Positions 26,030 to 35,622 of a stretch of DNA of 64,000 bases are shown one piece after another. The notes under the pieces are model-generated. The model did not search any database. It saw nothing but the letters and a program-made list of their open reading frames with translations, and was not told where the DNA came from. Every line of letters begins with the position of its first letter. Position 1 is the first letter of the stretch. The position numbers were made by a program, and so were the translations under genes. Source of the DNA: Chlamydiales bacterium (GTDB lineage: Bacteria > Chlamydiota > Chlamydiia > Chlamydiales > JAAKFR01); NCBI GenBank assembly GCA_041395025.1, contig JAWLBH010000001.1:782666-846665 (forward strand), in the 5' to 3' direction.

Positions 26030-26877
26030 TTTTTGTACCGCTGTAAAATATGGATCACTTGATTTTTAAAGTAGGGATAGGGGAGAGAATTTTGATTATT
26101 GCTAAAAATTTTTTGAATTAATTCTGCTCGTCCAGTATCAAGGCGGTGGATTAGATACCATTTTAGGCTTTCATTTTGATCAAAAAGTGCGCCTCCTAAA
26201 CGAATTAATCCTCTTTCATGGAGAAGATGTTGCAATTTTTCTTTCGATCGATTCCATCTTAAAAGTCCAAGTGTAGGAGGTATCCACTTGATAGGTTGTT
26301 TTGTACAATAATGTAAAAAATGGATTTGTTCAGAAAAAAGAGCTGAATAGATATTTTTTAGAATTTCTCTATCAACAATCTGTCGTAAATCAATTGAAAG
26401 ATCATGAATTCCAAGAAGATCAATCAAGTTAAGAAGCTCTAACCTTGTGAGTTTGAGAAGAGGGTTTAAATCAGAAGCAGGCAAGCAATCTTCGCTAATG
26501 ATATCGATCTCACCCAGTATTTTCTTTTTGAAGATATTCATTAAAAAGGGGATCATAAAAGAAGAATAAGAAAGTTTTTCTAAAGGTAAAGATAACATTT
26601 TACTCAATTCCACTGCTTTTTTTTCAGGTAATAAAGAGAGAAAGAGCTTCTGTATTTCAGGTTTGAGGGATTTAAGTGGCAGATAAAACCAGGAAAAATG
26701 CATTGATTCAATCCACTCATTTTGAGCAAGAAGTTTTGGAAAATTAGGAGAGACAGGAGGAGATAGAAGGTTGATCTCTTTAGCTAGATCGGGAGGGAAG
26801 TAGCCTAAAAGATTATGGTTTAGAAGACGCGAGGGATGGATAAGGGCAGAGATCAGAGATTTTGCCTGCAATTTCAA
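26026..26877 (-). CDS. T3SS-cluster protein in the SctK (YscK) position; hypothetical
   Basis: 283 aa with 4-nt overlaps with sctJ upstream and sctL downstream. It is soluble and leucine-rich. The position equals yscK in yscJ-K-L and the CT560 slot in Chlamydia, from memory. No motif was recognised. Confidence 0.5.
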   Translation of the reverse strand: MKLQAKSLISALIHPSRLLNHNLLGYFPPDLAKEINLLSPPVSPNFPKLLAQNEWIESMHFSWFYLPLKSLKPEIQKLFLSLLPEKKAVELSKMLSLPLEKLSYSSFMIPFLMNIFKKKILGEIDIISEDCLPASDLNPLLKLTRLELLNLIDLLGIHDLSIDLRQIVDREILKNIYSALFSEQIHFLHYCTKQPIKWIPPTLGLLRWNRSKEKLQHLLHERGLIRLGGALFDQNESLKWYLIHRLDTGRAELIQKIFSNNQNSLPYPYFKNQVIHILQRYKK

Positions 26878-27767
26878 TGATCTCCTCCTGCTCCTTTCTC
26901 TTTTTCTTTATGCTTTATCAAATCATGGATTTCATATTGATGAGGATAGAAAAGAGAAGAGAGCCCCCCTTTTTTTTGAATAATATCCCAAAACTTCCAG
27001 ACTAGCCATGCCAAAGAGGTCAATAAAAGAAAAAGTGCAATAATAAAAAGATAGAAAATTAAACGAAAACGGGGAATAGATTCTTTAGCAATAATAATCG
27101 ACCAAATGGACATATAGTCACGATCTTCTTGAATTTCGTACATTGGTTTTAAAGTGATATCCGCATAAAGAGCTCGATCAGATATCACAGTAACATTTTC
27201 AGATGTTAATCCTGGTACAGCACTCGCTACAAGACGCTTGATTTTGGTAATAGTCAAACTATTTGGATTATCTAAAATACTGCGATGTTTGATATAAACC
27301 GAAGCAGTCATCTCCTGATTAGTCTCTTCATCACGTGGAAATGTAATTTGTACATTTGCATCAATAATTCCATCAATCTTTCTAATTGTGGTTGCAAGCT
27401 GTTCGGATAACCCCTCTTGATAGCGAATCCGATCCTGAAGATCAGAAGGCACAAGTCCTTGATTGCCAAATAAATCAAGAAGACTAGTTCCTTTTACTCT
27501 TGGTAAGCCAGCAGAATTAAGAATAGCTAATGCTTCTGTAATTTGACTGGAGGAGACTGAGACATTGTAAGTAATCACCCCTGTTTGTCCTGCTCCTAAA
27601 GTTGTCTCTATTTTTTCCGCATGAATGCCTTTGCTTGCCATTAAAACAACAATCTCGTTCGCTTCTCTTTCAGAAATATTATTGACAATGGTCGTTTGTG
27701 TGGTACAACCAGTAAAGATAGTCAAAAAAATCACAAGTACAAACAAAAAACGAGAAATCACGCGCAT
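26874..27767 (-). CDS. sctJ: T3SS inner-membrane ring lipoprotein SctJ (CdsJ/YscJ)
   Basis: Signal peptide plus lipobox (VIFLTIFTGC). YscJ/PrgK-type periplasmic domains are present (EANEIVVLMASKGIHAEK; LSEQLATTIRKIDGIIDANVQITFP) with a C-terminal TM. Start set at ATG 27767 (MRVISRF); the track start 27785 is a TTG. Confidence 0.9.
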   Translation of the reverse strand: MRVISRFLFVLVIFLTIFTGCTTQTTIVNNISEREANEIVVLMASKGIHAEKIETTLGAGQTGVITYNVSVSSSQITEALAILNSAGLPRVKGTSLLDLFGNQGLVPSDLQDRIRYQEGLSEQLATTIRKIDGIIDANVQITFPRDEETNQEMTASVYIKHRSILDNPNSLTITKIKRLVASAVPGLTSENVTVISDRALYADITLKPMYEIQEDRDYMSIWSIIIAKESIPRFRLIFYLFIIALFLLLTSLAWLVWKFWDIIQKKGGLSSLFYPHQYEIHDLIKHKEKEKGAGGDH

Positions 27768-27834
27768 TTCCTTAAATCCACCCAACCTGCGAAGATATCA
27801 TAAGGAGATATTAGGTGAAAGGTGATTCATTATT

Positions 27835-28860
27835 TTAGATCCAATTTTGAATCATCTTTTCTATCTCTTTGCGGAAATCCATAGGAATTTCAGGATGATC
27901 AACCATCTGGAATAGCATCTTTTGTTCTTTATACCCTTGAATTGACTCAGTATTATAAAGGAGATAAGAGCGCAATAGAGGCATTGCCCATACTCTAGGA
28001 TCTTGAAGTTCTTTAAGAGCCGCAATCGCTACCTCTAATTCTTTAGAAAAAACTGTTAGAGCAAAAGCAGCATGAGTAGTATCTTGTGTGAAGGGGCGTC
28101 CTTTTAGAAGTTGAAGAAGAAATTGTTTTGCCGGTTCTCCGATTGCCCTAAGGGCATCTAGAATGACCTCTTCATCAAAAACTATTTCGCGTCCCAAAAT
28201 TTCAAAAAGAGGAATAATCGTAGAAGGATCTTTGATTTGAGAGAGACACAAGATTGTAAAATAAGGAGCATAGCCATAGCCTGGGAAAAGTGGGCTATAT
28301 GCATATTCGGATTTTATAATTTGTAAGAGTTCAGGGAGCATTCTCTTTCCTTGAGAAACAATCGCAGTAATTTCTTGTTTAGGGTACTTGCTTTCACTTA
28401 GGATCAAGTCAGCAATGAGATAGTCTGAAGAGATAAGATCTTTTGGTTTTTCAATTGTATAGATCGCTTTAAGCTTTTCATAGGCTCTTCGTGAACGAGC
28501 CACTTGTTCTGCCTCAGCTCCTGTGAGCATTAAAGGGGCTAGATTTTTTCCGAGTTGTCTTTCAATTTCTTTTAAGTAGAGAATCCTCTTAGACTCAAAT
28601 TCTGGATAAATCCCGATATGATCTTTCTGATCATAGTAACTTATCATAATATCGAAATGTCCTCCGAAATGGGCATCTCTATGCATAAGAATTTGGTGAT
28701 CTAACTCATCTGTTAATGTATATATCTCTTCTAGAGGTGAGGTTTTTTCCTTTTGTAAATCTGGATAGGACAAGCCATTGTGCTTTTCTATAGGAGAAGA
28801 TATTCCTGCAATTTCTTCAAAAATAGATAGATAAGATTTTTTTCTTTCTTGATTACTCAT
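27835..28860 (-). CDS. Hypothetical protein, possibly with HEAT-like helical repeats in the C-terminal half
   Basis: 341 aa with an ATGA start/stop overlap with lipA (28857-28860). It ends about 50-65 nt upstream of the sctJ start, depending on which start is used. No catalytic motif was recognised. Confidence 0.55.
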   Translation of the reverse strand: MSNQERKKSYLSIFEEIAGISSPIEKHNGLSYPDLQKEKTSPLEEIYTLTDELDHQILMHRDAHFGGHFDIMISYYDQKDHIGIYPEFESKRILYLKEIERQLGKNLAPLMLTGAEAEQVARSRRAYEKLKAIYTIEKPKDLISSDYLIADLILSESKYPKQEITAIVSQGKRMLPELLQIIKSEYAYSPLFPGYGYAPYFTILCLSQIKDPSTIIPLFEILGREIVFDEEVILDALRAIGEPAKQFLLQLLKGRPFTQDTTHAAFALTVFSKELEVAIAALKELQDPRVWAMPLLRSYLLYNTESIQGYKEQKMLFQMVDHPEIPMDFRKEIEKMIQNWI

Positions 28861-29822
28861 ATATTTTTTACAGCATTGAATAAAGAAGCAGCATTATAGC
28901 TTGAACGAATGAAAGGACCGGAATAGATATGCTTAATTCCAATACTGTTTCCGTAAGAGGCATAATCCTGAAATTGTTCAGGTGTTACAAAACGCTTGAC
29001 TCGTAATTTTGTGCGGGTGGGTTGTAGATATTGTCCGATTGTAATGATTTGACAACCTGTTTCATACAGATCACAGATTGTTTCTCTGACTTGAGCATCA
29101 GTTTCACCAAGCCCAACCATGAATCCTGATTTAAGAAGAGATTGAGGTGCATGTTTTTTGGCAGACCGGAGAAGATCAAGCGTACGATCATAAGTTGCTC
29201 GATGCCGGACTCTTGGAGTTAATTCCCGAACTGTTTCAATGTTGTGATTAAAGATATCAGGATTTTCATCCAAAATAGATTTTAGTGCATTTTTATTTCC
29301 AAAAAAATCAGATGTAAGGACTTCAATAGAAGATTTAGGATTGACTTTACGTACTGTACGAATAATCTCTATCAGATGCCCAGCTCCTCCATCTGATAGA
29401 TCATCTCTTGCAACCATTGTGATTACTATATGCTTTAAATCAAGTGCTTTAGCTGAATTAGCTAATCGTATAGGTTCATCTGGTTCAAGTGGCTGAGGAT
29501 GTTTTATAAAATCGATATCACAAAAACCACAATTACGTGTGCAAGACTTACCCATTGCCAGAAATGTAGCAGTTTTTTTTGACCAACATTCTAATAGGTT
29601 TGGACATTTAGCGGCTTCACATACAGTAGGAAGATGATGTTTAGAAAGAATCTCTTGCGTTTTCCATAATAGATTACTTTTTGGAGAAGGTCGATGGAGC
29701 CATTTTGGAAAACGTCCTGGAGCAACTGCTTTCCCTTTTTCTTTGGAGTTCGGGTGTTCAGGAAGAATATTTAGTCTTTTTCTTTGAATGACTGGATTTT
29801 GCTCAAATAGATCTTTATCCAT
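28857..29822 (-). CDS. lipA: Lipoyl synthase LipA (radical SAM)
   Basis: Radical-SAM cluster motif CTRNCGFCDI and the auxiliary cluster cysteines CEAAKCPNLLEC. Confidence 0.95.
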   Translation of the reverse strand: MDKDLFEQNPVIQRKRLNILPEHPNSKEKGKAVAPGRFPKWLHRPSPKSNLLWKTQEILSKHHLPTVCEAAKCPNLLECWSKKTATFLAMGKSCTRNCGFCDIDFIKHPQPLEPDEPIRLANSAKALDLKHIVITMVARDDLSDGGAGHLIEIIRTVRKVNPKSSIEVLTSDFFGNKNALKSILDENPDIFNHNIETVRELTPRVRHRATYDRTLDLLRSAKKHAPQSLLKSGFMVGLGETDAQVRETICDLYETGCQIITIGQYLQPTRTKLRVKRFVTPEQFQDYASYGNSIGIKHIYSGPFIRSSYNAASLFNAVKNI

Positions 29823-31225
29823 TAGCGTCTAATCCTAGGGGGCAAATGGAGAGGCATATCCTTGGTTAAAAAAGCAGCTTCTATCCATGCTTCAGCAGTC
29901 GTAGGATGAGCATGGATGGTCTCAGTGATTGAATCTACAGTCAATTCACTACCAATTGCTAATCCAATTTCTGCAATTAGGTTACCTGCTCCAGAACCCA
30001 CCACTTGTGCTCCTAAAATCTGCCCTGTATTTTTTTCAGCAACAATTTGAGCAAATCCTTCTGTTTCAATCATTACTTGTGATTTTCCAAGTGCCTGAAA
30101 TGGAAATTTCCCAAGGATAGCATCGTACCCTTCTTGAATCGCTTTTTCAAGTGTGAGTCCAATTGTCGCCACTTCGGGGTTTGTAAAGATTACAGCTGGA
30201 ATGGCGTTGTAATGCATATAATTCAATTGGCCTGCTATATTATCAGCAGCAATGAGTCCTTGATGAGAGGCAACATGGGCAAAAATCCATTTTCCGGTGA
30301 TATCTCCAATCGCAAAAATATGAGGAATATTTGTCCGCATCATTTCATCTGTTGGAATCGAGCCATCTTCTTCAACAACTACCCCCGCTTTATCTAATCC
30401 AATGGCATCGGTATTGTATTTTCTTCCTATTGATACAAGAACTATATCTGCATCAAGCAAGCGTTGATCTTCTAAGTAGAGACGGATGCCGTCATCTTGA
30501 TAGCTAATTTTTTTAACAATTGTCGTTGTTTCAATTTTAATTCCTTGTCTTTTAAAAGATGCTGTTAAAGTTTCTTGGACATTTCTACCCTCATTTGGAA
30601 GAAGATGGGGGAGTAGTTCAACGATTGTCACATCCACGCCAAGCGTATTATATAAAGAAGCAAATTCACAACCAATCACTCCACCACCAATAATGGCCAT
30701 TTTTTTGGGCAGCTCGGTCATATTGAGCAAAGAAGTGGAATCGTGAATTTTTTTATAATCGTAAGGAATTTTTTCCAAAGGGCGAGGTTCTGAACCAGTG
30801 GCTAGAATAATGTTTTTCGCTTCAAGGATTCCTTCATCCTTTCCAGTGATCGCGACTTCATAGGGAGAAATCATTCTCCCATATCCATTAAATATAGTAA
30901 TTTTATTGCTGAGAATCAGTTTTTCAAGACTCTTTTGAATCCCATTGACAATAGAATCCTTACGATGCTTCATTTGAGCATAATCGAAATAAAGATCCTG
31001 TACATAAATCCCAAATTTATTTGCTTCCTGAATTTTTTTAAAAACATTAGCACTAGCAATCAATGCTTTAGAAGGAATACATCCCCGGTTAAGACAAGTC
31101 CCTCCTATTTCACGCGCCTCAATTAATGCTGTGACTAAACCTCTTTGTGCAGCTCGGATGGCTGCTACATAGCCTCCAGAACCACTACCTATAATCACGC
31201 AATCAAATAACTTTTTTTTCATCAC
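29822..31225 (-). CDS. lpdA: Dihydrolipoyl dehydrogenase (E3)
   Basis: FAD-binding GSGSGGY, the redox-active disulfide GGTCLNRGCIPSK, NAD-binding GGGVIGCEFA, and the C-terminal HAHPT motif. Confidence 0.95.
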   Translation of the reverse strand: MMKKKLFDCVIIGSGSGGYVAAIRAAQRGLVTALIEAREIGGTCLNRGCIPSKALIASANVFKKIQEANKFGIYVQDLYFDYAQMKHRKDSIVNGIQKSLEKLILSNKITIFNGYGRMISPYEVAITGKDEGILEAKNIILATGSEPRPLEKIPYDYKKIHDSTSLLNMTELPKKMAIIGGGVIGCEFASLYNTLGVDVTIVELLPHLLPNEGRNVQETLTASFKRQGIKIETTTIVKKISYQDDGIRLYLEDQRLLDADIVLVSIGRKYNTDAIGLDKAGVVVEEDGSIPTDEMMRTNIPHIFAIGDITGKWIFAHVASHQGLIAADNIAGQLNYMHYNAIPAVIFTNPEVATIGLTLEKAIQEGYDAILGKFPFQALGKSQVMIETEGFAQIVAEKNTGQILGAQVVGSGAGNLIAEIGLAIGSELTVDSITETIHAHPTTAEAWIEAAFLTKDMPLHLPPRIRR

Positions 31226-31456
31226 AAATCAGATATTTTCTTTTTATAAATAGTATAACGGAATTCATATTTTTTTTCCGGATGGAAAAACTTTGATTTT
31301 CCTTACATTTTATGTAAAGCTTAAAGGATAGTTAAGAATTCAATTCTGACCATAGTTAGATAATGTTTTTATTGACCCTGCTTTTAGTTTTGTGTATCAG
31401 CAGAATATTAATTTTTTCTATTTTAACCATGTGGAAATTAAATAAAATTAGCTGAG

Positions 31457-31954
31457 ATGACAAAGAAAAATGATAAACTTCTTTGCTGGAACTGTGATGG
31501 AAATGTTTCACTCCATCTTCAGCAATGTCCTTATTGTGGAGTTAATCTATCACATCCATCTGAGAATATTGAAGAAGAAAGAAATCCTTTTCAAAATTTT
31601 GCCAACCCTTTTCAGAGCTCAATCTCTACTGATCAAGGCATTCCTCCTCCCCCTTTTGCCAATGCATTTGATCAAGAAAGCGGGATTACTGATGAAGAGT
31701 GGAACCACTCTTTGAGTGAAAAGACTCATTCATCTGAACATAAAGAGGAGCCAACTTCATCGACAAATAGAAGAGAATTGATTGCACTTCTTCTTCTTTT
31801 ACCTGGAGTCGTTTTTTTTCTTTTTGGAATCGTCTTGATGATATTTTCCTCTGAAGGAGTCCTGACGCTTCAATGGCGTCAAAATTTTGGATATTTTTAT
31901 TTTTTCGGGGCCCTACCTCTTATTTTTTTTGGTTGGCATCGACTACGTTATTGA
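31457..31954 (+). CDS. Zinc-ribbon membrane protein, hypothetical
   Basis: N-terminal CWNC-x13-CPYC zinc ribbon, then a P/E-rich linker, then two C-terminal TM segments (LIALLLLLPGVVFFLFGIVLMIF; GYFYFFGALPLIFFGW). Confidence 0.55.
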   Translation: MTKKNDKLLCWNCDGNVSLHLQQCPYCGVNLSHPSENIEEERNPFQNFANPFQSSISTDQGIPPPPFANAFDQESGITDEEWNHSLSEKTHSSEHKEEPTSSTNRRELIALLLLLPGVVFFLFGIVLMIFSSEGVLTLQWRQNFGYFYFFGALPLIFFGWHRLRY

Positions 31955-32226
31955 ATCATTGAGCATTCGCAGGTATTTTTTAGATTAAATGGCCGCCTAC
32001 AATAAAAGCAGCGCATAGCTTCTTGATTAAAGTAGATTCCTCCTTGATCAACGAGGAGTTGATCGATTTCTACCATCTTACAATCAAGATGGACTAAAAT
32101 CATTGATTGATTAATTTCCAATTGTTCAGGAGAGCAGTAAAATTTTTTTGTTTCTTGCTTCCCCTCGATTGGACATATAAAGAAAGATAAGAATAGAGCT
32201 AGCATAATACATATATTTTTTAACAT
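31948..32226 (-). CDS. Small secreted cysteine-rich protein, hypothetical
   Basis: 92 aa with signal-peptide-like MLKNICIMLALFLSFFICPIEG. The mature part has 6 Cys, including CFYC and CEC pairs. Its 3' end overlaps the convergent zinc-ribbon gene by 7 nt. Confidence 0.45.
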   Translation of the reverse strand: MLKNICIMLALFLSFFICPIEGKQETKKFYCSPEQLEINQSMILVHLDCKMVEIDQLLVDQGGIYFNQEAMRCFYCRRPFNLKNTCECSMIQ

Positions 32227-32448
32227 TTTTCCATTCCTTTTCTCTGAGGTTGAATTTACAGAAAATTTACATTACATAGGACTTTCTTTAAAGAAAAGGT
32301 AAATTTTAATTGATAACAGATACAAATTTTGAGAATTTTGTATGGATTGATCTTTAGTGATTTTCCATTTTTCATGGATCATGATAGCGCTAATTTTTGG
32401 AATGGAACATGCGTGTAAATTTTCTTTTTAGGATCGGATCACGCTAAG

Positions 32449-35400
32449 TTAGAGGATCGATTTTTCAAGCCCACAGCATTTTTTATATTTTTTCCCGCTC
32501 TTACATGGACAAAGATTATTACGACCTATTTTTGTAGCATGGGTAATTGGACGATTCACGGGAGTTTCTGGGGGAGCAGGATGGCTAGAGGGAAGGGGTG
32601 TTGAAGTAGGATCGAAAATCAGTCTATTCGTTTCAAGGTTAATTTGATTAAGAAGATTTTGAAAAAGTCCAGTTTGAAGAGATGAAATTTGTATTTTAAA
32701 GAGATTCCGTGCGATTTCAATCTGCAAAGATTGAGTGAGTTCATGAAACAAACGAAATGCCTCATGTTTAAATTCAAGAAGAGGATCGCGTTGAGCTACG
32801 GTATGAAGGCTAACTTCAGAGCGTAAATGATCCATAGCAAGTAAATGATCTTGCCAAAGTGCATCAGTTTTATAAATGATAATGGCACGTACACTATTTT
32901 TTGCAAGAATGTCACCATTGACTTGAGAATGGTTTTCATTGATTTGATCTTTTTCGTGAGCATATTTGTCTTCAAAAGCGGCAATGACTTTTTCTGCTGC
33001 CATTTTTTGAATAGTCTCTAGATTATAGTCATCTTTATCAAAATAATGTTCCTTAAAATGGATAGGAAAGAGACTCATGAGCCAGTGACGGTAGCCTTCT
33101 GGATTCCATCCCCCTTCTTGAGAGAGAGTTTTAAAAAATCTTTGACCTGCTATTTCACAGACATTCCAAAGTAAATCACGAGCATTAGAGAGGATGTCTG
33201 AGCTTTGAAGAATTTCATTCCGAAAATTATAAATTTCTTGACGTTGCTTATTCATCACATCATCGTACTCAAGAGTATATTTACGTATGGTGTAGTTACG
33301 TCCCTCAACCCGTTTTTGAGCTGTTTCAATTGAGTGATTTAAAATTTTAGCTGAAATGGCTTCTCCTTCAGGAGGACGAAATCGTTGAATTAGGGAGTTG
33401 AGTTTGGGTGATGCAAAGAGGCGCATTAACTGATCTTCAAAAGAGATGAAAAATTTTGAAGAGCCTGGATCCCCTAGACGTCCGCTACGTCCAGATAGTT
33501 GTCTATCAATTCTTCTAGACTGATGACGAGTGGTTCCAATCACATGGAGTCCACCTAGATTGGCTACGCCTGGTTGTAATTTGATATCTGTCCCACGACC
33601 AGCCATATTGGTCGACACAGTGACTGCACCCTTATGTCCAGCTTGAGAAATAATTTCCGCTTCACTCACATGTTGCTTAGCATTTAATACAGTATGATTA
33701 ATATGATTTTGTTTTAAAATTCGGGATAATTTTTCAGAAACTTCTACTGTTTCTGTCCCAATGAGGATGGGCCGTTCTTGCTCATGAATACGTTGAATTT
33801 CTTTGAGAATTGCATTATACTTTTCTCTTTCTGTCATGTAGATCTCATCGTTATAATCTTTGCGGATGCATTTTTTATAGGTTGGAATTTGAAGGACTTC
33901 AAGTTTATAGATATCTTTAAATTCATTGGCTTCGGTAATCGCTGTTCCTGTCATTCCAGCTAGTTTTTCATACATCCGGAAGTAATTTTGCAGCGTAATT
34001 GTGGCATAGGTTTGAGTTTCTCGCTGAATAGCGACTCCCTCTTTTGCTTCAATAGCTTGATGAAGACCATCGGAAAAACGACGTCCTGGTTGAGGACGTC
34101 CTGTATTTTCATCAATGATGATGATTTTATCTTCATTGACGATATAGTCGACGTTACTCTCCATTAAAAGATGTGCTCGCAAAAGCTGTCGAATATTGTG
34201 AGATCGCTCTTTTCGATGAGCATCTTCTTCATTCAAAGCAAGTTTTTTTTGCAGTTTTTCTTCTTCTTTCAAAGTGATGTCTTGATCCACTTGTGCATAT
34301 TCGTAACCAAGATCAAGCATGACGAAATCGGTCGCAGTCCCTCCTTGGATTTTAGACCAGGCTTGAATGCCTTTATCTGTCAATTCAAAATCACTGCTTT
34401 TTTCGTCGATGACGATAAATAATTCTGCAATTGTTTGAATTTTTTCTTCTTTGTTTTGATCTGAATGAAAGTAGAGATCCCATTTATCAATTTCTCCCCT
34501 TAAATCAGGATTTTCACGTACACGACGCAGAATGCGATTATTAGGCATCCCTTTGCTGACAAGCCAAAGAGATCGACAGGCTTTATAAATGTTTTCAAGA
34601 GTTTTTTTTTCTTTTGGAAGACATTCCGTTTGTAAATAGGGAGCAAGAGTTTTTTGTGCTTCTGTTGCTAATGTTCCACAAAGATCACGTTGCATTCTGA
34701 CAAGAACAGAGATTCCCTCTTTAAGTTTGTCATACATTTGAAAGCTTTTAGAGGTTGGACCTGAGATAATCAACGGAGTGCGCGCTTCATCAATCAGTAT
34801 CGAGTCTATTTCATCGACAATGGCAAAATAGTAACCACGCTGGACCTGTTCTTCAACAGAAGCCGCCATGGAGTTATCACGAAGATAGTCAAAACCAAAT
34901 TCTGAAGCCGTTCCATAGACAATATCTTGTTCGTAGATGTTTTTACGCATGCTCTGAGGAGTTTCATGAGTTAAAACTCCAGTTGAGAGACCTAACCAAC
35001 GAAAAATGGAACCGACCCATTGACAATCACGATTCGCTAGATAATCATTCACTGTGACAAGATGGACAGGTTTTCCTGTCAGTGCATTTAAATAAAGAGG
35101 CATTGTAGCTGTCAATGTTTTGCCTTCTCCTGTTTGCATTTCAGATATATGTCCCATATGCAGCGCAATTGCACCAATAATTTGGACATCATAAGGAACC
35201 ATATCCCATTTTTGATTGTATCCAGAGACATGTACTTCAGTTCCACACATGCGATAACAGGTATTTTTAATCAATGCATAGGCTTCAGGAAGAAGTTGAT
35301 CAAGAGAGGTGCCCTCTCGATACCGTCTTTTAAATTCCTCAGTTTTTTTCTTTACTTCTTCATCTGACAGAGTCTGGTATTGCTTTTCCCATTCATTGAC

Positions 35401-35481
35401 TTCCCTGACAATTTTCCATAGCCGTTTGACTTTTCTTTCTTGAGAAGAGCCGAAAATTTTTCTTAAAAACCCAAACATCAT
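32449..35481 (-). CDS. secA: Preprotein translocase ATPase SecA
   Basis: Walker A MQTGEGKTLT, the DEAD-like motif VDEIDSILIDEARTPLIISG, the conserved TNMAGRGTDIKL motif, and the C-terminal zinc finger CPCKSGKKYKKCCG. Confidence 0.97.
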   Translation of the reverse strand: MMFGFLRKIFGSSQERKVKRLWKIVREVNEWEKQYQTLSDEEVKKKTEEFKRRYREGTSLDQLLPEAYALIKNTCYRMCGTEVHVSGYNQKWDMVPYDVQIIGAIALHMGHISEMQTGEGKTLTATMPLYLNALTGKPVHLVTVNDYLANRDCQWVGSIFRWLGLSTGVLTHETPQSMRKNIYEQDIVYGTASEFGFDYLRDNSMAASVEEQVQRGYYFAIVDEIDSILIDEARTPLIISGPTSKSFQMYDKLKEGISVLVRMQRDLCGTLATEAQKTLAPYLQTECLPKEKKTLENIYKACRSLWLVSKGMPNNRILRRVRENPDLRGEIDKWDLYFHSDQNKEEKIQTIAELFIVIDEKSSDFELTDKGIQAWSKIQGGTATDFVMLDLGYEYAQVDQDITLKEEEKLQKKLALNEEDAHRKERSHNIRQLLRAHLLMESNVDYIVNEDKIIIIDENTGRPQPGRRFSDGLHQAIEAKEGVAIQRETQTYATITLQNYFRMYEKLAGMTGTAITEANEFKDIYKLEVLQIPTYKKCIRKDYNDEIYMTEREKYNAILKEIQRIHEQERPILIGTETVEVSEKLSRILKQNHINHTVLNAKQHVSEAEIISQAGHKGAVTVSTNMAGRGTDIKLQPGVANLGGLHVIGTTRHQSRRIDRQLSGRSGRLGDPGSSKFFISFEDQLMRLFASPKLNSLIQRFRPPEGEAISAKILNHSIETAQKRVEGRNYTIRKYTLEYDDVMNKQRQEIYNFRNEILQSSDILSNARDLLWNVCEIAGQRFFKTLSQEGGWNPEGYRHWLMSLFPIHFKEHYFDKDDYNLETIQKMAAEKVIAAFEDKYAHEKDQINENHSQVNGDILAKNSVRAIIIYKTDALWQDHLLAMDHLRSEVSLHTVAQRDPLLEFKHEAFRLFHELTQSLQIEIARNLFKIQISSLQTGLFQNLLNQINLETNRLIFDPTSTPLPSSHPAPPETPVNRPITHATKIGRNNLCPCKSGKKYKKCCGLEKSIL

Positions 35482-35622
35482 ATTTACATCTTTATGTTAA
35501 TAACACAAATATACAGCTAATAAGCTTATGTCACAAGATCATAGCATCGATACCAATAGAGAAGTTTTTAATTTAGAAGAGAAGAAATAGGCAGTAAAAT
35601 TGCAAAAACAGTTAATAGTTTT

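Noticed and set aside
32227-32448. Imperfect inverted and direct repeats downstream of secA (for example ATACAAATTTTGAGAATTTTGTAT and TTCCAT...ATGGAA) as a possible terminator or small RNA
   Set aside because: The stems are interrupted or enclose very large loops and lack a clear U-tract on the secA strand. In this AT-rich spacer they are compatible with chance.
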